The position numbers and the translations under genes are program-made. Shown one piece after another: positions 1 through 8,847 of a stretch of DNA of 64,000 nt (the first letter of the stretch is position 1; the number at the start of each line of letters is the position of its first letter). The notes under the pieces are model-generated. The model worked only from the letters and a program-made list of their open reading frames with translations. It did not search any database and was not told the DNA's origin. Location: IMG/VR virus record IMGVR_UViG_3300045988_155520, positions 248,239 through 312,238 of that record; one strand, written 5' to 3'. The DNA comes from a virus.

Positions 1-753
1 TTGTTCTGGAGTCATTACAGAGTCGTTACCTCCGTTGTCATGATTCCATCTACAGGTTACTGTATTTACAGAACCATCATGTCTAAAAGATAGGGCAATC
101 ATCGAAAGTCCATATTCATCCAATGGACAATTTGGGCCTACCTTTCTTGGAACATTTTCAAAACCTTCTTTTAATAAGAAATAAAACAAACCCTTACCTA
201 TACCGACATAATTAATGAAATCCTGTGAACGGTGAGTTACACACCATGTGGTGTAATCGCTATATTCAGATGCCTCTGAAAACGATGGGATTGGAACAAT
301 TGTATAGCCATTATTATGTCCATTACTCTGTCCATAATGTGCGGTATTTTCTCTATTAGCCTTATCCGCTTGATGAACATAGCCTTCAAAATTTCTAAAA
401 AACTCATCCAATGGCATACCATTAAGATTCTGGTCAAGATTTAGTTCCTTAGATTTGGCTGCTGCAACACTAATAAATTTGTTAAGTTTTAATAATGTGT
501 CAGCATTTATTGATTTAGGATTCTGTAATAAAAATCTTACAACCGCTGGAAACAAATGAAAGTTTTCTTTACGTACACTTGGTATGTCATGCAATACTTT
601 CTCTGTAAACTCTTTATCATTTGTATTTGGGGATAGTTCTCTAACCATTTTTCTTGCAAGGGATTGGTTCTTTGAAGCACGGTTCTCAGTAATTAAACGA
701 CTTCTTTTAAATAAACTTGCGAACTGGTTTTTGTCTATAATAATTCTTCTCAT
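1..753 (-). CDS. hypothetical protein, 3' end runs off the window (paralog of 1326..2339)
   Basis: Hand translation of the minus strand from ATG at 753 is open to position 1 (MRRIIIDKNQF...PLDEYGLSMIALSFRHDGSVNTVTCRWNHDNGGND). It is colinear with ...PLDEYGLSMIAVSFRKDGEINSVTSRWGHKNDGND of 1326..2339. It is absent from the ORF track because no stop lies in the window. Confidence 0.7.
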   Translation of the reverse strand, partial: MRRIIIDKNQFASLFKRSRLITENRASKNQSLARKMVRELSPNTNDKEFTEKVLHDIPSVRKENFHLFPAVVRFLLQNPKSINADTLLKLNKFISVAAAKSKELNLDQNLNGMPLDEFFRNFEGYVHQADKANRENTAHYGQSNGHNNGYTIVPIPSFSEASEYSDYTTWCVTHRSQDFINYVGIGKGLFYFLLKEGFENVPRKVGPNCPLDEYGLSMIALSFRHDGSVNTVTCRWNHDNGGNDSVMTPEQ

Positions 754-803
754 TATTTTAATATTAATATATAAAAATAAATATTAAATTTAACATTAAA
801 AGC

Positions 804-838
804 AAAAAAAAAACTTGACAGAAATACATCTATCAAGT
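804..838 (-). terminator. hairpin + T-run terminator after 865..1251
   Basis: Minus strand reads acttgatag-loop-ctgtcaagt followed by a run of about 10 T. Confidence 0.6.
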
Positions 839-864
839 TATGTGATTTTAACAACTTTCTTAGT

Positions 865-1251
865 TTAATTAGAGGTTGCTCTCTTCATTCTGCAACTCAA
901 AGTGCCTAAATAGTTATGCATGGCTTGAAGTTGTTCATTCAATAGGTTCCTATCAGTTTCTTCTAAAGAAGCAAATGAATCTGAATCTATGAATTTTTCC
1001 AATTTTTCAATACGTTCATCCAATTCATCCAGTTCTAATTTCATTCTATCAATGAATGAATCAGCTAATGCGAAGTTCTCTTCAAAAAATGATTTTGGAG
1101 TCCAAGTAAGCTCACCATAATGATTTTCCACTAAATAACCATCCATTTCTTCATCACAATCCATGTTGAATGGAAGTACGCCATCGGGTACATCTTTTAA
1201 TTTCATAGGCTCAGCCATACAACAAGTTGTCTTTGATAAATATTTCTTCAT
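865..1251 (-). CDS. hypothetical protein (paralog of 3299..3628)
   Basis: ORF track. Shares TTxCM-E-MK and ER(I/L)EKLEKFIDxDS segments with 3299..3628. Confidence 0.6.
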   Translation of the reverse strand: MKKYLSKTTCCMAEPMKLKDVPDGVLPFNMDCDEEMDGYLVENHYGELTWTPKSFFEENFALADSFIDRMKLELDELDERIEKLEKFIDSDSFASLEETDRNLLNEQLQAMHNYLGTLSCRMKRATSN

Positions 1252-1274
1252 AACATATATTTTTTAATACTCTG

Positions 1275-1282
1275 CAAAGATA
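1275..1282 (-). promoter_or_regulatory. Bacteroidota-type -7 box (TATCTTTG)
   Basis: Plus-strand caaagata is TAnnTTTG on the minus strand, 24 nt upstream of the ATG at 1251. Confidence 0.5.
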
Positions 1283-1325
1283 TAGAAAAAATATAATATC
1301 TCAAAATTTCAATATATAAAATATG

Positions 1326-2339
1326 TTAAAAATCTATTATTGATTCATGACCTAATTCTTTTCCTGTTTTCGCATCAAATTTAACTATGACTCTTCCAAG
1401 TTCGATATAAAGAACGTTATCTTTAATATAAGCATTTCGTATAGTTCTTGATTGAGAAACAAAGGATAAACCATTTATAGTTGCACATACATCGTAAGAA
1501 TTATCAGTATGTAAAACTATAACATCTTTACCTGCGAAGTATTTTTTAACCGAATTACTTTTATCTGTTACCAAATAATCATTTGCTTGCTTATCATAGA
1601 CCAATTTAAAACCGTCTTTTAAGTTCTTTACCAACTTCAAACTATCTGTATGTTGTTCGTTATCTCTTAAATCGTGTTTAATCTCTCTGGTTAAGTCTAT
1701 TACTACATCTCTACCAAAATCAAATTGTTTATTCAATACTATTGCATCACGTCCATGAAAATATTCTACATCTTCTAAGAATTTATCAGTTACCAAATAA
1801 TCATTCTTAGATTTATCATAGAATAGCATTAATCTATCTGCTATTTTCTTAATATATCTCCAATCTTTAGGATAAGAAATATTGTTATACACGGTGTTTT
1901 TTGTTACAGAGTATATATCAGTACCTATAAGGTGAGAAAGCTGCTTAGAAGACATTATATTGTCATTTCCGTCATTCTTATGACCCCACCTGCTTGTAAC
2001 ACTATTAATTTCACCATCTTTTCTAAATGACACTGCTATCATTGATAAACCGTATTCATCCAATGGTGCGTTATCTCCCTCCTCTTCTGGTATTGAAGCA
2101 AATTCTTTCTTTAATATAAAATAGAAATAACCACCATTACGTATAAATTTCAGGAATGTATTTTTATCTTTGGTAAAGTTCCAATTTGCATAATTAGAAT
2201 ATGTATTTGCTTCCTCAAACGTTCTTATCAAAGCAAGCATGTGACCGTTAAATTCACCATAAGGACCTCTTTCTTCATTCATAATCTTCAGAACTATATT
2301 CTTAAATTGTTGCTCATTAATACGTACTAATCTTCTCAT
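1326..2339 (-). CDS. hypothetical protein (paralog of 1..753)
   Basis: 337-aa ORF whose N-terminal half is colinear with the partial ORF at the window start. The C-terminal half contains an internal duplication (DYLVTDKxxxxVxxYFxGxDxIVL twice). Confidence 0.7.
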   Translation of the reverse strand: MRRLVRINEQQFKNIVLKIMNEERGPYGEFNGHMLALIRTFEEANTYSNYANWNFTKDKNTFLKFIRNGGYFYFILKKEFASIPEEEGDNAPLDEYGLSMIAVSFRKDGEINSVTSRWGHKNDGNDNIMSSKQLSHLIGTDIYSVTKNTVYNNISYPKDWRYIKKIADRLMLFYDKSKNDYLVTDKFLEDVEYFHGRDAIVLNKQFDFGRDVVIDLTREIKHDLRDNEQHTDSLKLVKNLKDGFKLVYDKQANDYLVTDKSNSVKKYFAGKDVIVLHTDNSYDVCATINGLSFVSQSRTIRNAYIKDNVLYIELGRVIVKFDAKTGKELGHESIIDF

Positions 2340-2468
2340 TAATTTATCTTTTATTTATAAATACCATAATTAACACAAAAGATAATATAGATAAAAATAT
2401 AACAAATAAATATATATTATATAATCAAAGTATTATTTATTATAATAATAACAAATATTTTTTAATCT

Positions 2469-2585
2469 ATGAGTACATATTTAAAAATCTTTGATGATAA
2501 CGACCAAAGACTGAATTATGAGTTTGGAGACACTTATGTAAAACCTTATGTGTCAGTAATAAATGAAGAAAATGGGGGGGGGTAG
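2469..2585 (+). CDS. N-terminal fragment of the LRR gene, terminated just after a G9 tract
   Basis: ATG at 2469 gives MSTYLKIFDDNDQRLNYEFGDTYVKPYVSVINEENGGG then TAG. Adding one G would fuse it in frame to 2618..3247. Confidence 0.45.
   Translation: MSTYLKIFDDNDQRLNYEFGDTYVKPYVSVINEENGGG
2574..2582. repeat. homopolymeric G9 tract at an ORF junction
   Basis: Nine consecutive G read directly from the sequence. The downstream frame is open from 2567. Confidence 0.9.
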
Positions 2586-2617
2586 TAGACCCTCACTACA
2601 ATGTACCAGATGATATT

Positions 2618-3247
2618 TTGAGTATCGTTACAAAGTTTGATAAATCTATTGCATATCTAACAGGTGAAGGAGAAATAACTAAACAAAAATTACCTGATGC
2701 ACCTATAATAAAAGCTATATTAACTAATAGATGTACTGGTATAGGTCCGTCAGCATTTAAACATAATATCTTACAGAAAATTACTATTTCCAATACGGTA
2801 ACTTCAATAGGTAGTAATGCTTTTGAAGATTGCTACGGATTAGAAAATATTTCATTACCACAATCATTAAAAACGATAGGAGATAAAGCTTTTAGTGGCT
2901 GTTGGGCAACAAATCTTGCAATACCAGATGGTGCTAAAACCATTGGGAATGATGCTATAAATAACTGTCCAAAATTGGAGACCTTAGTATTACCAGCATC
3001 ATTAGAAAATATAGGAAATAACTTAAACTTTGAAAACTGTCGGAAGCTATCTCAAATTGTTTTATATGGAAGTGTTTCCAGATTAAATGACGACTTTAAA
3101 GAATTTTTGAGCAGTAATAATGAGTTTAAAAATCAAAATAGAACATATGGAAGTCTAAGCATAACTGTAGAAGCATCTATTGCAGCAGAATATGAAGACT
3201 TTAAAAATAGGATAAATGGTAATTTCAACATTAATATAATGTATTAA
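2618..3247 (+). CDS. BspA-type leucine-rich repeat protein (only convincing plus-strand gene)
   Basis: Repeats of the form IxIxxxVTSIGxxAFxxCxxLxxIxLPxSLxxIG. The track start is a TTG. It is probably the body of a gene starting at 2469. Confidence 0.7.
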   Translation: MSIVTKFDKSIAYLTGEGEITKQKLPDAPIIKAILTNRCTGIGPSAFKHNILQKITISNTVTSIGSNAFEDCYGLENISLPQSLKTIGDKAFSGCWATNLAIPDGAKTIGNDAINNCPKLETLVLPASLENIGNNLNFENCRKLSQIVLYGSVSRLNDDFKEFLSSNNEFKNQNRTYGSLSITVEASIAAEYEDFKNRINGNFNINIMY

Positions 3248-3257
3248 AACAAAAATA

Positions 3258-3292
3258 CGAGCTGTGAAACAAAATCATTAGCTCGTCTTTTT
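3258..3292. terminator. bidirectional hairpin terminator between convergent genes
   Basis: acgagct-16 nt-agctcgt with T-runs on both strands, between 2618..3247(+) and 3299..3628(-). Confidence 0.6.
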
Positions 3293-3298
3293 GTTAGT

Positions 3299-3628
3299 CT
3301 ACAAATTATCTTTTCTACCATTATTCGGGTTATGAACGTCGTTCTTTGTTACAGAACAACCATTAGATTGAGTTGGTTCACCAGGAGTAAATCTACCTCC
3401 TGTTATTGAACCACCACAAAACATATCACACATTTCTATATATTCATCTACAGTCATCAACGAATCAGGGTCAATAAACTTTTCCAGTTTTTCAAGACGT
3501 TCATTGATTTTTCTTAATTCATTGATTTTTGCATCGTAATCAAAACTATCATTAGATTTCATAGCTTCGTCCATACAATAAGTTGTCTGTGAAACTTTTT
3601 TTTCTATTTTAACCATAATATTTAACAC
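3299..3628 (-). CDS. hypothetical protein (paralog of 865..1251)
   Basis: ORF track. Overlaps the upstream Panacea-like gene by 20 nt. Confidence 0.55.
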   Translation of the reverse strand: MLNIMVKIEKKVSQTTYCMDEAMKSNDSFDYDAKINELRKINERLEKLEKFIDPDSLMTVDEYIEMCDMFCGGSITGGRFTPGEPTQSNGCSVTKNDVHNPNNGRKDNL

Positions 3629-4130
3629 TATTTCTTATCATTTTTGTTGGAATTATTATATTAAAATTACCATTTGTTAAAGCAACGTCATAACAAATTT
3701 TCCAACAAGACCATTTCTGAACAATATCTACCAATTTAGTAGGTTGATAATATAGGATGTTTGGATTTTTTTCAAGTAATAAATTTATTGCTTCATCGAC
3801 CACTTGTTTACTATCATTATCTAAATCAATACTAACACTATCGTTCTTTATGTTACAGGAGGAATTGGTAATAGAGTATTTTGATAAGATATCTGCTGCA
3901 ATAAATTCACAAACATCTTCTTCTACTGGACCAAATGGTTTTGCTACAAACTTATTGAAAATTTCTGTTAGTTGTTTATTCTCATCTGTTGAAAACAAAC
4001 CAACAGTTAAAAACAATAATCTAATTAACTTAGGTGCAGTAAATGTATCTGTTTTATTATTGTTTTTACGTATTAATGCATCTACAAAATATTCAAAAAA
4101 TAAACTTTTAGCTTTCATACTCTTATTCAT
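3609..4130 (-). CDS. Panacea / DUF4065 (SocA/GepA-like) domain protein
   Basis: Pattern ...T(A)PKLIRLLFLTVGLF...FNKFVAKPFGPVEEDVCEFI resembles the KLxKLLY...F.AW.xGPV...Y core of DUF4065. Confidence 0.45.
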   Translation of the reverse strand: MNKSMKAKSLFFEYFVDALIRKNNNKTDTFTAPKLIRLLFLTVGLFSTDENKQLTEIFNKFVAKPFGPVEEDVCEFIAADILSKYSITNSSCNIKNDSVSIDLDNDSKQVVDEAINLLLEKNPNILYYQPTKLVDIVQKWSCWKICYDVALTNGNFNIIIPTKMIRNSVKYYG

Positions 4131-4722
4131 TTTTATGCATATTCAGATGATAATTTTCTTTTAATTCTTCATATCTGTCAAGAATGAGTTTCTTATCATC
4201 TTCAGTAAGTTTTTCAGCTTCTTCTTTTGTTTGAAAGTAGTTTCCTGCGAGCCATGCCAAACTATTACTATGGATTATATCTTCAATAGATTCTTTTACT
4301 GTATTTTCTTCCAAATTATAATAGAAGAATCGTTCATTGTCATTTGCATCAAATTGATATCGTTTTAGATAACTATTCCAAGATACGTTCTTAAATTTTC
4401 TACATATGTTTTGTAAGTAGACGTAATGGTCAAAATATCCCTTTTCCCACTTATATTCTTCAGTATTATCAATTTCTACTGTGGTATCGAATTTAATTCC
4501 TTCTGAAGGTGAAAAATAACAAAAAACTTTAGCTTTAGTTTCTGTAATATACTCATTAAATAATGCATAAATAGTTTCGTCTCTATTTTGCATTCTCATA
4601 ATATCTTCTTTTTCAAACTTAGGATATTCAATCTGTTCGAAAGAGACTACACCATCTTCAATAACTGGTTTGTAACCATCTGGAATATCTATGCGGTCAC
4701 ATTCGTCAAAAATAATTTTCAT
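4123..4722 (-). CDS. hypothetical protein (family with 8848..9417 and 11672..12231)
   Basis: Shared N-terminus (xIxIPxGxKPxIxDGxVxFE) and a C-terminal GNYF(Q/R)TKEEAE-like segment. Confidence 0.6.
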   Translation of the reverse strand: MKIIFDECDRIDIPDGYKPVIEDGVVSFEQIEYPKFEKEDIMRMQNRDETIYALFNEYITETKAKVFCYFSPSEGIKFDTTVEIDNTEEYKWEKGYFDHYVYLQNICRKFKNVSWNSYLKRYQFDANDNERFFYYNLEENTVKESIEDIIHSNSLAWLAGNYFQTKEEAEKLTEDDKKLILDRYEELKENYHLNMHKNE

Positions 4723-4743
4723 ATTCTTAAAATTACTAAATTA

Positions 4744-4947
4744 TTAATAAACATCATTTAAAAATTTATAAACTGCGAATACACATAATGGGAATAATGA
4801 TGATATAACGTACATTATTCGAACAAAAACAATACCATAAAAATCAGAACTTATCCATTCCAAATTCCATAGAATAATAGCAAAGATAATGTACAGTGAG
4901 GTAAAACTTGTAATCGTAATGCAAGCTACTTTTGAAAACTTCTTCAT
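4744..4947 (-). CDS. small membrane protein
   Basis: 67 aa with two hydrophobic stretches. Confidence 0.5.
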   Translation of the reverse strand: MKKFSKVACITITSFTSLYIIFAIILWNLEWISSDFYGIVFVRIMYVISSLFPLCVFAVYKFLNDVY

Positions 4948-4959
4948 ATTATTTTTTTT

Positions 4960-5556
4960 TTAAAATTTATCTCTCACATCAGTTTCTTGAACTATTCCAT
5001 CTTTAACAGTATAATATGTGTCTGGTTTATACATTTTACCATCAACAACATACATTAATTCTCGTTCAGTTTCAAATGTATTATTTTCTTTATTATATCT
5101 TACGTCAGAAATGTTAACGATAGTTCCGACCGAAGCTATAACTATATCTCCGAAGCCATGGGCATAAATAGTACATTTTTCACCATCACATCTAACTTGA
5201 TTTCCATTTCCTAAAGTATGGATTTTACAATCATTACCATGGTTTATTATAGTTGGAGAATCAGCATGAACAATAATAGAACAATTGTTGCCATAGTTTT
5301 CAATGTATCCACCTCTCTTCATCAACGATATTTTACAATGTTTACCACTATTAACGACATTTGTATTACAACCATTACAATACATATCAACTAAATCACC
5401 AGTATTATATATCTTAGCCAAGCTACCAGTTCCTAATATCGTTGTATATGAAGCATCATTTGTAATTTCAGTTTTGATTCTATTGTAAAACAATGTTTTA
5501 TTTTCACAATGATTAACAAATGATTCATCGCTGAAAGGGATTTTCGTTATGTCCAT
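4960..5556 (-). CDS. Gly/Asn/Cys-rich repetitive (beta-helix-like) protein, paralog of 30591..31337
   Basis: Irregular short repeats (GNxC.I..HG.G). The C-terminal YVVDGKMYKPDTYYTVKDGIVQE matches VKVDGKIIKPNTFYILKDDKIVEF of the paralog. Confidence 0.55.
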   Translation of the reverse strand: MDITKIPFSDESFVNHCENKTLFYNRIKTEITNDASYTTILGTGSLAKIYNTGDLVDMYCNGCNTNVVNSGKHCKISLMKRGGYIENYGNNCSIIVHADSPTIINHGNDCKIHTLGNGNQVRCDGEKCTIYAHGFGDIVIASVGTIVNISDVRYNKENNTFETERELMYVVDGKMYKPDTYYTVKDGIVQETDVRDKF

Positions 5557-5579
5557 ATATTCTCTTATTAATTACACTG

Positions 5580-5587
5580 CAAAGATA
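5580..5587 (-). promoter_or_regulatory. -7 box TATCTTTG
   Basis: 24 nt upstream of the ATG at 5556. Confidence 0.5.
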
Positions 5588-5621
5588 ATAAAACTATTCA
5601 ATACAACAAAATAAAAATAGT

Positions 5622-5658
5622 TAAAAAAATAAAAGTGGAATACAAAAACATATTCCAC
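5622..5658 (-). terminator. hairpin + T-run terminator after 5668..5916
   Basis: gtggaata-8 nt-tattccac followed on the minus strand by ttttatttttt. Confidence 0.6.
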
Positions 5659-5667
5659 TAATCCTAT

Positions 5668-5916
5668 TCACCAAGAAATACGGAGATATACACTTCCGTT
5701 AAAACCTTGACTTTCTTCAGCTACAGAAAAACCACTTTTCACCAACTCAGAACATATATAATCATTCCATAAATCTCTATCATAAATATACGTTTCCCGT
5801 ACACCCAAAAGAGCGTCGTGTTTTAATATATCGTTAAGTTTTTCAATTCTCTTAATATTGCCTTCAGTATCTTTTGAAAATTCAATTAATTCATTTGGAG
5901 ATATAAAATTTACCAT
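5668..5916 (-). CDS. hypothetical protein (tandem paralog of 5957..6205)
   Basis: Both are 82 aa, sharing P(N/D)ELI.(F/I)S...IEK(L/I)ND(I/M)L...LWND...SEL...GF...ISW. Confidence 0.65.
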   Translation of the reverse strand: MVNFISPNELIEFSKDTEGNIKRIEKLNDILKHDALLGVRETYIYDRDLWNDYICSELVKSGFSVAEESQGFNGSVYLRISW

Positions 5917-5956
5917 AACTATATATTTTTTTATAAATTATCAGACTACTATTAGT

Positions 5957-6205
5957 TCACCAAGAAATATAAAGAGAAGGGTCTTCGAAAAATCCCTCTT
6001 TCTCTTCAGTAATTGTAAAACCATTTTGAGATAATTCAGAAAGAATTTCATCATTCCATAACTCTTTCTCATAAATAAAAATTTCTCGTTTACCATCACT
6101 TGCAGCTTCTATTAACATATCGTTAATTTTCTCAATTTTTTCTGCATTATTTTTTCTATTTTCAGAAATCTTAATTAATTCATCTGGTGTTGAAAATTTT
6201 GTCAT
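5957..6205 (-). CDS. hypothetical protein (tandem paralog of 5668..5916)
   Basis: See 5668..5916. Confidence 0.65.
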   Translation of the reverse strand: MTKFSTPDELIKISENRKNNAEKIEKINDMLIEAASDGKREIFIYEKELWNDEILSELSQNGFTITEEKEGFFEDPSLYISW

Positions 6206-6217
6206 AACTATATATTT

Positions 6218-6955
6218 TTATATTGTAAATAATTTCTCTATTGGTTTCTTTGTGATTGTTTGATTTAAAGAACATAATACAGGTTTCTCCCATATACATT
6301 CAAAATCATCTGGCATATTGTATTCAGAAACAAAAACTTTATATCCATCTTTACTACGCTCTCGACACCATTGATAGAATGCCTCGTAATCGAATGTTTT
6401 TGAAGTACTGTACTGTTTTACGCCTTTATATGGAATATCGCAATACACAATACATTTATCGGTTGGTGGAAGTATGAATTTATCATAATTCTCACAAGAG
6501 AAAACTATATCTTTAATTGCAGGTAATTGATTCATTACGTTTCTAATTGATTCAGAAATGTAATCTCGTGGTTTACCATTACTTCCTTGCACATTATGAC
6601 CACTATATCCACCAGCAAAGAAACGACCGTTAAAACTTGCCATATGACCTATCCAACCTAATTCTGCTTTAGTGAAAGTTGAATAATCACATTTATTATA
6701 TGCCTCACGTGCTTTGTTATAAAGTTCTCTTTCAATTGTAGTTTCTCCAACCCATTCATTTTGGAGAGCTTTCCACATTTCAATTAAGAACTCATTATTA
6801 TCATTGGATAATCTGATAAAGTCACGAGGAACTTTATCTATTAAATTACAGCCACCACAAAATAGGTCAACAAAATAATCACCTTTATTTAGCTTACCTG
6901 TCATAAGTGGTATAATCTCACTTGCCGTTCTATTTTTTGAACCTTGATATTTCAT
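6218..6955 (-). CDS. dam: Dam-like N6-adenine DNA methyltransferase (D12 class)
   Basis: N-terminal YQGSK, FCGGCN (FxGxG-like motif I) and DIPY (DPPY-type motif IV), in D12-class order. Confidence 0.75.
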   Translation of the reverse strand: MKYQGSKNRTASEIIPLMTGKLNKGDYFVDLFCGGCNLIDKVPRDFIRLSNDNNEFLIEMWKALQNEWVGETTIERELYNKAREAYNKCDYSTFTKAELGWIGHMASFNGRFFAGGYSGHNVQGSNGKPRDYISESIRNVMNQLPAIKDIVFSCENYDKFILPPTDKCIVYCDIPYKGVKQYSTSKTFDYEAFYQWCRERSKDGYKVFVSEYNMPDDFECIWEKPVLCSLNQTITKKPIEKLFTI

Positions 6956-6962
6956 GAACTAT

Positions 6963-7289
6963 TTAAACTTTTAATCCTATAGCTTCAAACCAATTCCATA
7001 TTTTGATATATTTATCAGTATCATATTGAAAGCTACCAGTAACAAAATAATTAATTGGCATCATAATAAACATTATTAATATTAGGATTATAGCCAATGG
7101 CATAGTTAATCTCAAAAGGGCAGGAACTTTCTTCTTATGGACCATGAAAAATCTCACATTAGATTGAGAAAATCTTCTATATAGTTCATCACGTGATAGG
7201 TCTTTAAGTTCTGGAAAAATCTTATCAAAATCTGGAATATAGTTCATACTTCCAAATGATGTTACATTTTCTAATTTTGTAAAAATCAT
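6963..7289 (-). CDS. membrane protein
   Basis: Hydrophobic helix LLRLTMPLAIILILIMFIMMPI. Confidence 0.5.
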   Translation of the reverse strand: MIFTKLENVTSFGSMNYIPDFDKIFPELKDLSRDELYRRFSQSNVRFFMVHKKKVPALLRLTMPLAIILILIMFIMMPINYFVTGSFQYDTDKYIKIWNWFEAIGLKV

Positions 7290-7299
7290 ATTTATCTAT

Positions 7300-7728
7300 T
7301 TATTTTATCTCAAAGAAATCAAAAGAAAATCTATATTTAAAGAAACGTGAAAGATATTCATCTAACATTTCAGTAAAAAAATAATTATAAAAATATAGCT
7401 TCTTATTATTTTGCGTCGATGATATTGTTAAAACGTCGCATTTTTTGCCACGTTTCATGTTTTTTGCAATAACATCTTGTAAAATTAAGTCATCACTACA
7501 GAAATCTATAGTTTTACAGTTTACTCGTAAAATATTCGTTCCATCTATTTTTAGAATATTCGCAATGTTTGATAAATCATCTGTTAAATCTAAAATATTA
7601 TTTTCAACATAAAAATTTTTAGACAAACCAAAATGGTCATATTTATTATCTGTTAATTTCTTTATCTCGTAAGATAATTTAACTTCTTCAATTTCATATT
7701 CTAAATCGTAAAGTTTTATTCGTAACAT
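7300..7728 (-). CDS. hypothetical protein
   Basis: ORF track. Overlaps the upstream methyltransferase gene end. Confidence 0.5.
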   Translation of the reverse strand: MLRIKLYDLEYEIEEVKLSYEIKKLTDNKYDHFGLSKNFYVENNILDLTDDLSNIANILKIDGTNILRVNCKTIDFCSDDLILQDVIAKNMKRGKKCDVLTISSTQNNKKLYFYNYFFTEMLDEYLSRFFKYRFSFDFFEIK

Positions 7729-8759
7729 ATTTCTGTTCTAAATAAATTATTACTATTATCTTCAACTATATTTAATATGGTACCAAAGTTAATTTTACTT
7801 TCTTGCTTGGTAACTACACCAACGTCATAAGTTGAATTATGATGTTTAACACTTAATCCAGCATCTTGTCTATCCTTAATAAACGCCTTGTGAGAGTCTA
7901 TTCTATTCTCTATGATAGAATTTAAGTCTGTCTTAACAAAGTCTCTCAGATTGCTTTTAATTACGTTCTCAAACGTTTTATCTATCTCATATCCGACAGA
8001 ATTTCTTCCTGTTAACATGGCAGCTTTCATTGTTGTGCCAGTTCCAAGAAAAGGGTCAAGGACTTTATCACCTATTACAGAAAACATATTAATTAAGCGA
8101 TATGGTATCTCCACAGGATATGATGCTGTTCGTTCTCTTCCACAAGATACTTTTAGTTTCTGAGAATCACCATGAACATTCCATATATTAGTGAACCATT
8201 TATTCCTTTCTTCCCAAAAGAAAGCACTTCTCGCACGCAGTTCTTTATCAGATTCAGTTAAAAACTTTCTTCTATCTCCTTTCCGTAAAATTAAAATCCA
8301 CTCGTGTTCCAAAGTTACATAAGCACCACATGACAACATGCCACTTCCCATAAACTTATTGGGAGAATTAGTTTGTTTTAGCCACATTAAATTAGGAAGT
8401 GTAACAAACCCCAACTCAGTACATTTATTAATAATTCTTGCAGCATTATTATACAATGCAAAATTTCCATTAATTGTTCGTGTTGCATCACCAATATTAA
8501 TACACATGTAGCACCCATCTTTGAGTACTCGGTAACATTCAGACCATACACAATCTAATTGCTGGTGCATTAATTCAAAAGCATCAATTGGTCTATCTTT
8601 AAGAGAAGTTTCTATTTCAGTATTACCTGCAATAAATAATTCATCCCACATCTCAATCATAGGATATGGGGGTGATGTTACAACAAGTTCGATAGAATTA
8701 TCTTCTAATTCTTGCATATCACAAGAAGAACCTATATGGTATTTATGTTCTGTAATCAT
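7716..8759 (-). CDS. DNA methyltransferase, beta class (SPPY; N4-C or N6-A)
   Basis: VVTSPPYPM (motif IV) precedes DPFLGTGTT (motif I). SPPY is typical of N4-cytosine enzymes. Confidence 0.75.
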   Translation of the reverse strand: MITEHKYHIGSSCDMQELEDNSIELVVTSPPYPMIEMWDELFIAGNTEIETSLKDRPIDAFELMHQQLDCVWSECYRVLKDGCYMCINIGDATRTINGNFALYNNAARIINKCTELGFVTLPNLMWLKQTNSPNKFMGSGMLSCGAYVTLEHEWILILRKGDRRKFLTESDKELRARSAFFWEERNKWFTNIWNVHGDSQKLKVSCGRERTASYPVEIPYRLINMFSVIGDKVLDPFLGTGTTMKAAMLTGRNSVGYEIDKTFENVIKSNLRDFVKTDLNSIIENRIDSHKAFIKDRQDAGLSVKHHNSTYDVGVVTKQESKINFGTILNIVEDNSNNLFRTEICYE

Positions 8760-8778
8760 TCAATAATAATTTCTGTTG

Positions 8779-8786
8779 CAAAGATA
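8779..8786 (-). promoter_or_regulatory. -7 box TATCTTTG
   Basis: 20 nt upstream of the ATG at 8759. Confidence 0.5.
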
Positions 8787-8807
8787 CAAAAATAAAATCA
8801 ATTAAAC

Positions 8808-8839
8808 AAAAAAAAGAGACAACAAATTTTGTTGTCTCT
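8808..8839 (-). terminator. hairpin + T-run terminator after 8848..9417
   Basis: agagacaaca-loop-tgttgtctct with T-runs on both strands. Confidence 0.65.
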
Positions 8840-8847
8840 TTTTTATA

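Noticed and set aside
237-787. Track ORFs 237..437 (-) and 584..787 (+).
   Set aside because: Both overlap the uninterrupted 251-codon minus-strand frame from 753 to 1, which has a clear paralog at 1326..2339.
3757-4164. Plus-strand ORFs lying antisense to long minus-strand genes. Examples are 3757..4164, 5303..5488, 7912..8163, 13436..13759, 23316..23585, 23625..23930, 38202..38627, 56780..57214 and others.
   Set aside because: They lie fully inside better-supported minus-strand genes with recognisable domains or paralogs. They have low-complexity Leu/Ile/Phe/Ser-rich translations typical of antisense frames in AT-rich DNA, and no promoter or terminator context.
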